Source of the DNA: Kiritimatiellia bacterium | GTDB lineage: Bacteria; Verrucomicrobiota; Kiritimatiellia; RFP12; UBA1067 | Length of the DNA: 64,000 nucleotides | NCBI GenBank assembly: GCA_051884915.1 | Contig: JBJEWF010000087.1 | Span: 30,595 to 94,594 of the forward strand | Reading direction: 5' to 3' | Shown: positions 26,733 through 35,924 of the stretch, piece after piece | Layout of the letters: each line of letters opens with the position of its first letter | Position numbering within the stretch: position 1 is the stretch's first letter | Notes under the pieces: model-generated | What the model was told of the DNA's origin: nothing | The model's database searches: none | Seen by the model: the letters and a program-made list of their open reading frames with translations, nothing else | Position numbers and translations under genes: made by a program

Positions 26733-27935
26733 CTATTTCGCGGGGGAGCCGGCGGCGTCCCCTTCCCGCTCCCGCAGAACCGCCCGCCAATAGGCCGCCA
26801 TCACGTGTGCCACGCGGCAGAAACCGGCGGAATCCAGCTTCTGGCGCCGCACACTTGCCGCCAGAAACGCCTCCAGGTCCGCCGGTTCGGCGACGACGGG
26901 CGCCATGAGCTGCGTAAGCGCCAGTTCTCCGTCCCAGCACATGCCATAAGGCGGCCGGACGGGATTCGCGGCCTTCATCCGCAAACGGGCCTGATGCGCG
27001 AAAAGGCCCAGAGCCTCGCGGATCTTCGCGCGGCGCGCCGGATTCCGCTCATGCGCGAGAATCGGCTCGAAGGACGCGTTCGCCTGGTAGAGCGAATAGC
27101 ACGGCATGCGGCCCGCGATCTGCCGCGGCGGCATCTCCTTGATTTTCAACGTCCGCTCCAGGGCTTCGTCGATGTACGTTTCGTAAAGTTCGCGCCAATG
27201 CGCATTCCCCGTTGCCATGTACGCCGCGCAGTAGATCATCGGCAGGCGCGCCGCCTCGTGCGGCCACACGTCGGGCCCCCACATCGTGCAGATGCCCCGA
27301 TAATCCTTTTCCGGGCTGTCCGCCAGACCAAAATTCCACCCGTGGGCTTCGGTCACGCGCGCTTCCATGAAGGCGGCGACCTCGTCCACGCGCCGCCGGT
27401 ACTCGTCGACGATTGCGGGGTCGGCCAGATCCTTGGCCGTGGCGTAGCGCCAAAGGCCGTGGACCCAATGCGTGTACTGGTCGCGGCTCGAAAGCGAAAC
27501 CGTGGTTCTGCCGTCCGAACAGAAACCGCGGCAGACAAATCCCCGGTAGCCGTGGAGGACCGCGAGGTTCAGCAGTCCCTTCGCGACCTTCGCGGCGTCA
27601 TCTTTCACGGCCGCGTCATGCGTGACCAGCCATTTGTCCACCAGCCCGGAAAGCGCCGTGCCGCAATTCAGCGGTGCGTCGCCCACGCCAGGAGGTCCCC
27701 ACCCGCCCGGACGCCCCTGGTACATGCGGTAGAGGCCGTTCGTCGCGTCCGCGGGCGGCGACGACCTGCGCGTGTCGCATCCGTCGACGACGCCGGTCCG
27801 CGGATTCCAGGTCGTCATCGCCTTCGCCCATCCGGCGTCGACGAGCGGGCGCAACGCCTCCTGGGGAAGCGCCGCCGGCGCCGATGCGCAAGCGAGAAGG
27901 GCGAGAAGCAGTCCGTTCATGGTCGCGTTCTTCAT
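26733..27935 (-). CDS. Secreted hypothetical protein, possibly an (alpha/alpha)6-barrel carbohydrate-active enzyme
   Basis: 400 aa from ATG 27935 (MKNATMNGLLLALLACASAPAALPQ, signal peptide; GGAAAGGA upstream). The body is helical and W/Y-rich. I recognise no diagnostic motif. Confidence 0.5.
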   Translation of the reverse strand: MKNATMNGLLLALLACASAPAALPQEALRPLVDAGWAKAMTTWNPRTGVVDGCDTRRSSPPADATNGLYRMYQGRPGGWGPPGVGDAPLNCGTALSGLVDKWLVTHDAAVKDDAAKVAKGLLNLAVLHGYRGFVCRGFCSDGRTTVSLSSRDQYTHWVHGLWRYATAKDLADPAIVDEYRRRVDEVAAFMEARVTEAHGWNFGLADSPEKDYRGICTMWGPDVWPHEAARLPMIYCAAYMATGNAHWRELYETYIDEALERTLKIKEMPPRQIAGRMPCYSLYQANASFEPILAHERNPARRAKIREALGLFAHQARLRMKAANPVRPPYGMCWDGELALTQLMAPVVAEPADLEAFLAASVRRQKLDSAGFCRVAHVMAAYWRAVLREREGDAAGSPAK

Positions 27936-28035
27936 AAGACGTCCTTTCCTTTGGAACGATCCGCGCCCGGCCGCCCGCAGATCCCGAAGAGGCCGGCGTC
28001 GCCGCCACCCCCGACCGCGGCGCGCCGCGCATGAG

Positions 28036-28060
28036 CGCAAAACCGCCGGCCGGCCGGCGA
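28036..28060 (-). terminator. Rho-independent terminator after the beta-helix gene
   Basis: A 16-nt perfect GC palindrome CGCCGGCCGGCCGGCG (28044-28059) is followed on the minus strand by GUUUUG. Confidence 0.55.
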
Positions 28061-28187
28061 CCGGAACAGGCCCGAACGGTCCCTTGCCCCGCGGACGGGC
28101 CTGCTCCGGACATCGCCGTCCACGCGCGCGGCGTTGTGCGGAACGGCAGCGGAGAATCGCAAACCCGTGTCCATCCTTCGCCCGGCT

Positions 28188-30260
28188 TCACCGCATCTTG
28201 GGGGCGTCGAACAGGATTCCCGCCCCGGCGTACGCGGGCAACGTCGTGCGGAAACGGTTGCCGCGCGCATGCACGCCGCGCCGGTCCTCAAAATAGCAGC
28301 TCCCGCGATAGGGGCGCGGATTCAGGAAATCCTCTTCCCGGTCGATCACGATCTCGTTGTCGTAGAAGAAGAGATCGTCTCCGCCGAGGGCATGCCACAC
28401 GAAGCCGACGGGATTCCGGAACCGGCACTTCTCGACGAGAATGCCCGACACCGCCTTCCGCCACGGCGCGGGGGCGGGGAACGCCGGATTCACCTTCGTC
28501 TTCACGAAACTTTCGCAGTTGCGGCGGACGCACGCGCCGGAGAAGATCTCCGTCTTGAACAGCCCGTTTCCGCCGTTCCAGCAATAGTTCGAATCGAAGT
28601 CGCAGTTGCGCACGACCACGTTCGTCACGCCGCGGCCCTCGCACCAGGCCGTATACGTCCACTCCGAAATGATGCCGAGCGGCGTTCCGGTCGTGCGGGA
28701 GAAGACGCAGTCCTCGATTGTCGTGTTGTTGCTTTGCAGGAGATTGCGCCCGAACCCGTTCGTGAAATCGCACCGGCGGAAATGGATGTTGTCCGTCGCG
28801 TAGTCGCTGCGGTAGAGCTGGAAGCACTCCTGCGCCTCGCGCGGCACCTCGCGGTCCATCACCAGTTCGTCGCCCTCGACGGACACCACGCGCCCCCGCC
28901 ACGCGAGGGGGGAATAATCGGCGTTCAGCAGGCCGATCTCCTCGCCCGGCGACGCCCGGAAGAAGTTGTTGCCGCGCGCATTGACGATCTCGAAGCGATT
29001 GGCGCCCTTCTTCACGGCCACGGTCAGGCGGTCGTGGAAGTTGTTCATGTCGTCGATGTGCCTCTCCCACCGGCAGTCCTCGAACCGGCAGAATCCACGC
29101 GATTCGAGAATGTGGTTGGCGTCGGCGGTCGTCGTAATGGCGCGCTTGTCCCTGAGATGGGCCGGCAGGACGACGTTCGCCCGGATCATCTGCCAGTGAT
29201 GCTGGGTCCCCAGCACCTGGTAGGCGAAGCCGCGGCAGGACCACACGTCGATGTCCTCCATCGTCAGATGCTCGTTCGACTCCATGTTGAAGCCGTTCTG
29301 CCCGTAGTAGTAGTGGAGAATCCGCACGAGGGCGCCATCGGGCATCGCCTGCACCTCCCGCCGGTTGCGCGCAGGCGTGAATTTCGGTTCATACACTTTG
29401 ACGAAAGGGCGGTCGGGCATGCGGACCGCCGGCCAGACGCGCAGGACGTTCGGCGCAATCCATTCGTTTTTCGACCCGAAGTGCCCCTCCGCGTAGCCGA
29501 CCTCGCACTGCCAGCCGAATCCGGCGATGTTCGAGCGGTCTTCCCGCATCTGGCCCACGATGATCACCGGCACGGGTGCCGGATATTTCGGATGGCGCTC
29601 CAGATCCGTCAGCTTGAGGTCGAAATAGGAGGCGTCGTCGCGCTCCAGGTCGACATGGCGGCCGACGACCCGCGCGAAATCGGCAAGCGGATCGCGTTCC
29701 CAGTCCCAGTCGACCTTGAAATTGCGGATCACGATCCTGCGGCAGTCCTTGATGAAAAAGTTGCCGCCGTCGCGCGAGATGTCGTACTGCTGCCGATCCT
29801 CCCGGATCCGGCTCTCGCGGCAGAAAACGAGCACGGCCCCCTTGCCGTCGAACACGAAATCCTCCAGCCCGATCAGCGAAATCCCCTCGGGATCGTACAC
29901 CTTGTAGGTTCCGGGCGCGAGTTCAAGGCGGACGGCCTTCATGCGCCGGCACGCGGCGAGCGCCGCCGCAATCGCCGCGCCATTGTCGGTACGCCGTTCG
30001 CTCAACCCGAAGTCCACCGCCCGGACGACCGCGCCATCCGTCGTGCGCGGCCGTTCGACGGTGAACGCGGGGCATCCGCTCGGAACATGGCCGATCGGCC
30101 CTCCGTCGATTTCCGCGGAATAGTCGACGCGGACATCCGCGGCGGCCTTTCCGCCCTCCGGGCCGCGCAAGGCCGGTTTCGCGCCCGCCGTCCCCCCAAG
30201 GGCGCAGGCAGCCGCCAGCATCCCCGCAACGACAACCGCGCCGTGTCTTCTCGTCTCCAT
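28188..30260 (-). CDS. Secreted right-handed parallel beta-helix repeat protein (pectate-lyase-fold glycanase or lyase candidate)
   Basis: 690 aa from ATG 30260 (METRRHGAVVVAGMLAAACALGG, signal peptide). It shows repeated beta-helix rung signatures (FFIKDCRRIVIRNFKV, NIHFRRCDFTNG, NNTTIEDCVFS, VVVRNCDFDSN, ILVEKCRFRN). Confidence 0.65.
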   Translation of the reverse strand: METRRHGAVVVAGMLAAACALGGTAGAKPALRGPEGGKAAADVRVDYSAEIDGGPIGHVPSGCPAFTVERPRTTDGAVVRAVDFGLSERRTDNGAAIAAALAACRRMKAVRLELAPGTYKVYDPEGISLIGLEDFVFDGKGAVLVFCRESRIREDRQQYDISRDGGNFFIKDCRRIVIRNFKVDWDWERDPLADFARVVGRHVDLERDDASYFDLKLTDLERHPKYPAPVPVIIVGQMREDRSNIAGFGWQCEVGYAEGHFGSKNEWIAPNVLRVWPAVRMPDRPFVKVYEPKFTPARNRREVQAMPDGALVRILHYYYGQNGFNMESNEHLTMEDIDVWSCRGFAYQVLGTQHHWQMIRANVVLPAHLRDKRAITTTADANHILESRGFCRFEDCRWERHIDDMNNFHDRLTVAVKKGANRFEIVNARGNNFFRASPGEEIGLLNADYSPLAWRGRVVSVEGDELVMDREVPREAQECFQLYRSDYATDNIHFRRCDFTNGFGRNLLQSNNTTIEDCVFSRTTGTPLGIISEWTYTAWCEGRGVTNVVVRNCDFDSNYCWNGGNGLFKTEIFSGACVRRNCESFVKTKVNPAFPAPAPWRKAVSGILVEKCRFRNPVGFVWHALGGDDLFFYDNEIVIDREEDFLNPRPYRGSCYFEDRRGVHARGNRFRTTLPAYAGAGILFDAPKMR

Positions 30261-30377
30261 CTCGTTCCCCTTTCTCCGAATGTCCGCACGCCGGGAATCT
30301 CCGGAACGCCCTCCGGCAAGGTTCCCGCGCCCGCCCCGTCGCCAGACAGGCGAAACGCCCGTCTCCGCGCATGGTGC

Positions 30378-30407
30378 ATTGTACCACCCGCCGCCCCCGT
30401 CCGGCAA
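30378..30407 (-). promoter_or_regulatory. Promoter TTGCCG-18-(TGG)TACAAT for the beta-helix gene
   Basis: Minus strand reads TTGCCGgacgggggcggcgggTGGTACAATgcaccatgcg. This predicts a leader of about 110 nt, so the track start 30413 lies upstream of the predicted transcription start. Confidence 0.55.
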
Positions 30408-30472
30408 GCGCATTCTGGTTCCTCCGGACAGTGGGCGCGTGCGCCGAGAATCCGTTCACGGGACGCACGAAG

Positions 30473-30504
30473 ACAAAAGGGGCCCGGTCCGGAGACCGGG
30501 TCCC
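30473..30504 (-). terminator. Rho-independent terminator after the sugar transporter gene
   Basis: Minus-strand RNA reads GGGA-CCCGGUC-UCCG-GACCGGG-CCCC followed by UUUUGUCUU. Confidence 0.75.
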
Positions 30505-30533
30505 TTCCTCATCTCTCCCCCCGGAAATACGCC

Positions 30534-31805
30534 CTACTTCTTCGCGACGCGCGAACCGATCAGCGCGTAGAAAAGAACGTAGGAGAGGAGGGCAATCGTG
30601 AACCAGTAGCTGTTCAGGATGCCAACCTTGTCGGCAACAAGGCCCTGGACCGGCAGCATCAGTCCGCCGACGACCATCGCCATGAAGATGCCCGAACCCA
30701 TCGGGACGTACTTGCCCAGGCCCTCGGCCGCCATGTTGAAGATGCCGCCCCACATCACGGACGTGCAGAGGCCGCAGAGCGCCATGAAGACCATCGCGAG
30801 CGGGAAGGACTTGCCGAAGACGGTGACCATCTTGACCGGCGTGTACATCGTCGCGACCATCAGCGCAATGCCGAGGACGGAGCAAACCGCAATCATCGTG
30901 CGGGAGGAGATGTTCGCGCCGAGCGCGCCGCCCGCCAGACGGCCGAGCATCATGCAGAACCAGTAGCCGGCCACCACGCTGCCGGCGACCGCGGCGCCGA
31001 CAAAGCCCGGATTCGCGGCGCCGCCAAGCTTCTCGGCCGTCATGTAGAGGTTCGCCATGTTCGGGATGCCCGACTCGATGACGATGTACGAGAAAATCGC
31101 CAGCGCGCCGAGCGTGAAGTGGCGGAACTTGAGCGTCTCGCAGATGTCCTTCAGAACCGGCGTGCGGTTGGCCTTCTCTTCGGCCGTTTCCAGATGCGGC
31201 TCGGGAATCTCCGAACACGCCAGCACGATGAACGCGAGCACGAAGATGCCAATCGCAATGTACATCGCGGGAGCGGCGTCCATCACCTTCGCCTTGGCGA
31301 CTTCGCCGCCGATGAGATAGCCGAGCAGCATCGGCGCGAGCGTGGCGCCAATCGAGTTGAGCGAACAGCCGAACTGCACGAGCTGATTGCCCTTGTTGCC
31401 GCCGCCGCCGAGCGTGTTCAGGAGCGGATTCACGACGAGATTGAGCAAGCACATCGAGAAGCCGGCGACGAACGCGCCCGTCACGTACACCGTGAAGGAG
31501 CTGACGAACCCCGACGCGAGCTGGACCGCCAGACCCGCGATGCCGACGCCAACGGCCAGAAGAGCCGTGAACTTGTAGCCCTTGCGCTTGAGGATGAGAC
31601 CGCCCGGGATGCCCATGAAGAAGTAGGCGAAGAAGTTCGCCGCCGAACCGAGCTGGGACGCCATGTTGGAGGCGCCGAACTGGTTCTTCACGATAATCCC
31701 CATCGAGCCCGCGAAGTTGGTCACGAACGCGATCATGAAAAAGAGCATGAACATGATGCCGATTGCGGCAACGTTTCCGCCCTGCTTGTTGAGTTCAGTT
31801 GACAT
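30534..31805 (-). CDS. MFS sugar:H+ symporter of the FucP/GluP (fucose/glucose/galactose) family
   Basis: 423 aa from ATG 31805. The N-terminus AIGIMFMLFFMIAFVTNFAGSMGIIVKNQFG...FFAYFFMGIPGGLILKRKGYK is typical of FucP/GluP-type MFS proteins. 12 TM segments. Confidence 0.8.
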   Translation of the reverse strand: MSTELNKQGGNVAAIGIMFMLFFMIAFVTNFAGSMGIIVKNQFGASNMASQLGSAANFFAYFFMGIPGGLILKRKGYKFTALLAVGVGIAGLAVQLASGFVSSFTVYVTGAFVAGFSMCLLNLVVNPLLNTLGGGGNKGNQLVQFGCSLNSIGATLAPMLLGYLIGGEVAKAKVMDAAPAMYIAIGIFVLAFIVLACSEIPEPHLETAEEKANRTPVLKDICETLKFRHFTLGALAIFSYIVIESGIPNMANLYMTAEKLGGAANPGFVGAAVAGSVVAGYWFCMMLGRLAGGALGANISSRTMIAVCSVLGIALMVATMYTPVKMVTVFGKSFPLAMVFMALCGLCTSVMWGGIFNMAAEGLGKYVPMGSGIFMAMVVGGLMLPVQGLVADKVGILNSYWFTIALLSYVLFYALIGSRVAKK

Positions 31806-31832
31806 TGCTTTTCCTTTCAGAGTCTGTTCCAC

Positions 31833-31845
31833 ATTAACCGTTAAT
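31833..31845. promoter_or_regulatory. 6-1-6 palindrome ATTAAC-c-GTTAAT between galK and the transporter gene (candidate operator or RNA hairpin)
   Basis: A perfect inverted repeat lying 28-40 nt upstream of ATG 31805 in a 50-nt intergenic gap. Confidence 0.35.
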
Positions 31846-31855
31846 CCGCGGCCGA

Positions 31856-33031
31856 TCACGATACCAGGCGCGCGCCTTCGCTCGGCTTGATCAACGCGCA
31901 GACCGGCTCGTCGCCGTGGACGGTCTTGTAGGCCGCCTTGATCTGCGCCGCGATCCTGTCCGCCGCTTCCGGTTTGACGAGCAGGCAGCAGCTGCCGCCG
32001 AATCCGCCGCCCGAAAGGCGCGCGCCGAGCACTTCGGGAATCGCCTTGGCGGCGTCCACGATCGTGTCCAGCTCCTCACACGAGTTCTCGAACCAGTTGC
32101 GGCTGGATTCGTGCGAGTCGAACATCAGCGAGCCGAAGCCCGCGAGATCGCCCTTTTCGAGCAGCACCGTGCCGTTGAGCACGCGCTCATCCTCGCCGAT
32201 CGGATGGATGGCGCGCTTGGCCGTCGTTTCCGGAAGACCGCCGCGGTAGAGAATCCACTCGGCGCAGGAGACGTCGCGAAGGTGGGTGACCGGATGCTTG
32301 AGGACGCCGGCAAAATATTTCGCGGCGTCTTCGCACGCCTGGCGGCGGCTCGCGTACGCGCCATCCACGAGCGCGTGCTTCGCGTTGGATTTCACCATCA
32401 TGAACGCGACCGTCGGACCGAGGTCGACGTTCTCGAACTGGCAGTGGCGGAAATCGCTCTTGACGAGCGCGCCCTCCTTGCCGTAGAGGGAGGAAGCCTG
32501 GTCCAGGAGGCCGCACGGGCAGCCGGCGAACGTGTGCTCCGCCTTCTGGCCGATCTTGGCGAGCGCGGTCTTGTCCTTCTCGATGCCATAGATCTTGCAG
32601 AGCGCAAGAACCGTGCACATTTCAAGCGCCGCGGAGGAGGAAAGGCCGGCGCCGAGAGGGATGTTGCCGAGGAACATGCCCTTCCAGCCGTGCTTCGCCT
32701 CGGCGGGCTTACCGTCGAAAAGCCAGTTGAACGTGCCCGTGACGTAGTTCTGCCACGTCATTTCCGTCGCCGGCTTGACGTCGCCGATGTCGAAATCGAC
32801 CGTCTCCATGAAATCGCCCGCCGTCAGCGAGCAGGACGTATCGGCCGTCGGCGCCACCGCAAAGAACGTACCCTTGTCGATGGCGGCCGAAAACACGTAG
32901 CCCTCATTGTAGTCCGTATGGTTGCCCAGGACTTCGATGCGGCCCGGCGCATACGCCACCGCCGCCGGCTTGCAGCCGTATTTCCGCTCGAACTTGGCAA
33001 CCAACTCGTCGTAGACTTCCTGGTTTTGCAT
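31856..33031 (-). CDS. galK: Galactokinase
   Basis: APGRIEVLGNHTDYNEGYV is the galactokinase signature. The GHMP motif GAGLSSSAALE and the C-terminal GARLSGGGFGG are also present. Confidence 0.93.
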   Translation of the reverse strand: MQNQEVYDELVAKFERKYGCKPAAVAYAPGRIEVLGNHTDYNEGYVFSAAIDKGTFFAVAPTADTSCSLTAGDFMETVDFDIGDVKPATEMTWQNYVTGTFNWLFDGKPAEAKHGWKGMFLGNIPLGAGLSSSAALEMCTVLALCKIYGIEKDKTALAKIGQKAEHTFAGCPCGLLDQASSLYGKEGALVKSDFRHCQFENVDLGPTVAFMMVKSNAKHALVDGAYASRRQACEDAAKYFAGVLKHPVTHLRDVSCAEWILYRGGLPETTAKRAIHPIGEDERVLNGTVLLEKGDLAGFGSLMFDSHESSRNWFENSCEELDTIVDAAKAIPEVLGARLSGGGFGGSCCLLVKPEAADRIAAQIKAAYKTVHGDEPVCALIKPSEGARLVS

Positions 33032-33058
33032 GAGCTTTCCTTTTTAGGTCGTGAAATC

Positions 33059-34372
33059 CTACTTCAGCAGCGCGGCGACCGCGGCGCCGATCATCGGGGT
33101 GTCGTCCGGACAGACCGTCAGCGCGTACGAGATGTTGCGCGGCCCAAGCATCGCGTCAAGTTCCTTCTTGACGATTTCGGGGAAGGACACGACGCGCGTC
33201 TTGTAGTAGGTCGAGCCGTCGATGCAGAGGCAGATCGGCGCGGCCGGATCCGTGCCGCCGCCGGTCTTCACGGAGAAGGCGGCCAGATGGACGGCCGTGA
33301 GAATCGCCGCGCGCTCGAAAACCGGCGTAGCGAGACGGCGGGCCGTGGCGGCATCCTGCTCGTCCACGAACACCTTGTCGAGCGGGTTGACGTTGCCGCT
33401 GTCAAACTTGGCGCAGAAATTGTCGAGATCGTAGCTTTCGAGCGTGCCGAGGGACTGGACGGCCTTCGCGGCGGCGTCGGAGAAGTAGCCGGCCTTCGCG
33501 GCGGCCTTGAACACTTCCAGGCCGATCTTGCCGAGGTAGGCGCCCGCGATCATCTTCTCGAAGCGCTGGCAGCCGCAATCGGCCGTCTTTTTGTCCATCG
33601 CCTCGTCGAACGCGGACGGTTCGATCTTGTTGAAGCCGCCGGATTCGGTATTGATCGCCATCGCGCCCGCCGGCGGATTGGCGAGTTTCGGGATGCGGTC
33701 GTTCCGCTCGATGTAGGCCACGTTCGTGCCCGAGCCGAGGATGAAACCGAGATAGGCGGAAAACTTCTGGCCCGGCTTTTCCGTCGCCTTGCCGGCGAGA
33801 AGCGTGGCCACGGTGTCGTTGACGACCATGACCTTGGAGGGCTTCGGATCGAGACGCTTGGCGACTTCCGCGCCCACCCACTGGCCGACGATCTCGGGCG
33901 CCTTGATCTCCTTCGTCCACATGAGCAGCTTGGCGTCGCCCGCCGCCGAGGCCTCGGCCGGATAGGAGAAGCAGAAACCGATGGCCGGATCCTTCGCAAA
34001 AGGCGCGCAACGCTTCACGTGACCCGTCAGCACCGCGTAGAAATCTTCCTGCGCGACATGGCTCTTCGCGCCCGGCATCTCGCCTTTTTCCTTGTTCTCG
34101 ATCCTGATCGCCGAACCGTCGGACGGAATCGTCACCGTGGCGCCGCGCAGATTCGTGCCGCCCGCATCGAGCACGGTCACCGGCGTGTCCTTCTTCACGT
34201 CGCCGTAGGGCGAGGTATAGGTCGGGATCATCCGCAAGGAGGAGGGAAGACCGGCCAGTCCCGCCTCCATCTCCTTCTGGAATGAAGCGATCAGACCCGC
34301 GCGATCGAGCGTGCGGGTCTTCAGCCCATTGGCTTCAAGAAATTCTTCAGGTGTCTGTGAGGGTTTCTGCAT
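33059..34372 (-). CDS. Hexokinase-family (eukaryotic-type) sugar kinase
   Basis: 437 aa from ATG 34372. LDAGGTNLRG, GFCFSYP, NDTVATLL, GFILGSGTNVAY and FEKMIAGAYLG follow the order of the hexokinase_1/hexokinase_2 motifs. Confidence 0.8.
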   Translation of the reverse strand: MQKPSQTPEEFLEANGLKTRTLDRAGLIASFQKEMEAGLAGLPSSLRMIPTYTSPYGDVKKDTPVTVLDAGGTNLRGATVTIPSDGSAIRIENKEKGEMPGAKSHVAQEDFYAVLTGHVKRCAPFAKDPAIGFCFSYPAEASAAGDAKLLMWTKEIKAPEIVGQWVGAEVAKRLDPKPSKVMVVNDTVATLLAGKATEKPGQKFSAYLGFILGSGTNVAYIERNDRIPKLANPPAGAMAINTESGGFNKIEPSAFDEAMDKKTADCGCQRFEKMIAGAYLGKIGLEVFKAAAKAGYFSDAAAKAVQSLGTLESYDLDNFCAKFDSGNVNPLDKVFVDEQDAATARRLATPVFERAAILTAVHLAAFSVKTGGGTDPAAPICLCIDGSTYYKTRVVSFPEIVKKELDAMLGPRNISYALTVCPDDTPMIGAAVAALLK

Positions 34373-34398
34373 AAGAGTCCTTTCGTAATGATGGTAAA

Positions 34399-34407
34399 AG
34401 AATAACA
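34399..34407 (-). promoter_or_regulatory. Possible extended -10 element TGTTATTCT upstream of the hexokinase gene
   Basis: Minus strand reads gtgtaTGTTATTCTtttaccatcattacgAAAGGActcttATG. The hexamer is weaker than at the other sites. Confidence 0.35.
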
Positions 34408-34495
34408 TACACCGCAGACTTCCGCAAGAAGCCCCGGCGCGATTTCGCAAAGTCGGCGCGGGCGGACGACGGCGGGCGCGCAGCCCGCGGAACGG

Positions 34496-35857
34496 CTAGA
34501 CGAGCCGGATCCGACGCCAGGGGCCGAAGTGCCAGCGGAGGAGCGTGCCCACGCAAATGAGCACGACATAGGCGACCATCGTCGCCCAGAGGGCGGGCAT
34601 CGTCGGATGGCGGCGGTAGACGAGAAAGACGATCGGCAGCCAGAAGGCAAAGGAGCAGACGAGCATCCAGACCATCACGAACCGCGTGTCGCCCGCACCC
34701 TTCAGCGCGCCGGACAGAACGACGTCCGCCGCATCGAAGAACTGCCAGGCCACCATCAGGACGAAGAGCGTGAAGCCGAGCGAGATGAAGGCCGCCGAAT
34801 CGAAAGCGGCGGCGTCGGTCGCGAAAAGCGACAGGATCGGCCGGTGGAAGAGCAGAACCGCGGCCGAGGCCAGCAGCACGTACGTTTCGGCCAGGAACAT
34901 CACCCGATAGCCGACCCGCAGCGCGCTTTTCGCGTCGCGCGCGCCCTGATGCTGTCCAACCAGCGTGCTGGCGCCCACGGCGAATCCCTCGATTGGCGCA
35001 ATCAGCAGATAGTTCACGGAAAACGCCGCGTTGGACACCGCAAAGGCCATGTCGCCCACCTTGCCCGTCACGAACACGAAGATCGCGAAAGACAGAATGC
35101 TGAGCACGGACGAGACGCCCGACGGCACGCCGAAGCGCAGGATGCGGACGAAGAGACGGAACGTGGGCGGCGCAAGGGGCGGAGAAGGGGACGCGGCGGG
35201 AATGGCGGGGACATGGCGGTGGGCGAGAACGATCAGGATGGCGCACTGGAGGAACTGGGAAAGAACGGTCGCGAGCGCGGCGCCCGACATGCCGAGGGCG
35301 GGGACCGGCCCCCAGCCGAAAATGAGCAGCGGATCCAGCGCGACGTTGACGAGATTTCCGCCGAGATTGACCCAGAACACGGTGCGCGTCAAGCCCAGCC
35401 CCGTGAAATAGCCCTGCGCCGCCATCGCACCGCAGAGGAAGACGCCCCCCGACATGACAATCGAGTAGTAGATCTTCTCCCGCGCGAGAACGGCGGCGGA
35501 GTGTTGGCACCAGTCGAAGATCTGGTTGCCCAGCGGAATCAGCGCCAGGAACACGAAGCCGCTCAGAAACGCCAGCCACAGGCCCGCATGGTAGCTGCGC
35601 CGGCAGCCCAGGACGTCATGGGCGCCGAAATACTGGGCGCCGAAGGAGCCCGAATAGGAAACGACCGACTGGAAGAAGCAGATGAACAGATAGGCGAGGA
35701 TGCCCGCCGGAAGGACGGCTTCCAGGGCCGCGGCCGATTCGTGTGCCAGAAACACCCGGTCGGCGAACTGCATCAGGGCGTTGTTGGCCATCCCCAGGGC
35801 CAAAGGCCAGACGAACTTCAGAATGTTGCGATAGGAAGCTGTCGCCGGCAGATTCAT
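34496..35857 (-). CDS. MATE family efflux transporter
   Basis: 453 aa from ATG 35857. NILKFVWPLALGMANNALMQFADRVFLA is a typical MATE N-terminus. 12 TM segments. Confidence 0.85.
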   Translation of the reverse strand: MNLPATASYRNILKFVWPLALGMANNALMQFADRVFLAHESAAALEAVLPAGILAYLFICFFQSVVSYSGSFGAQYFGAHDVLGCRRSYHAGLWLAFLSGFVFLALIPLGNQIFDWCQHSAAVLAREKIYYSIVMSGGVFLCGAMAAQGYFTGLGLTRTVFWVNLGGNLVNVALDPLLIFGWGPVPALGMSGAALATVLSQFLQCAILIVLAHRHVPAIPAASPSPPLAPPTFRLFVRILRFGVPSGVSSVLSILSFAIFVFVTGKVGDMAFAVSNAAFSVNYLLIAPIEGFAVGASTLVGQHQGARDAKSALRVGYRVMFLAETYVLLASAAVLLFHRPILSLFATDAAAFDSAAFISLGFTLFVLMVAWQFFDAADVVLSGALKGAGDTRFVMVWMLVCSFAFWLPIVFLVYRRHPTMPALWATMVAYVVLICVGTLLRWHFGPWRRIRLV

Positions 35858-35864
35858 GGGGTAG

Positions 35865-35873
35865 AGTATAGCA
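35865..35873 (-). promoter_or_regulatory. Extended -10 element TGCTATACT, 7 nt upstream of the MATE ATG (candidate leaderless promoter)
   Basis: Minus strand reads gatttgTGCTATACTctaccccATG, with no SD. Confidence 0.55.
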
Positions 35874-35924
35874 CAAATCGGCGGAGCCGCCCGTCGCCGG
35901 GCCGTTCCGGTCCGGCGGACCCGG

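Noticed and set aside
30370-30392. TGGTGCATTGTACCA read on the plus strand as a possible sigma54 (-24/-12) element or palindrome
   Set aside because: It does not match the spacing or sequence of TGGCAC-N5-TTGC and is not a true palindrome. On the minus strand the same bases give TGGTACAAT, which matches the recurrent extended -10 box.
13194-31802. Very long plus-strand ORFs (13194..15956, 16734..19778, 20357..24799, 28134..31802), and likewise 36606..39224, 44773..46722, 47996..50044, 50041..52887, 56631..58790 and 59746..62268
   Set aside because: All are antisense to well-supported minus-strand genes. They are dominated by R/A/G/P/D/H runs and span several unrelated genes and intergenic terminators. 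None has a recognisable domain. I treat them as stop-codon-poor antisense frames, not genes.
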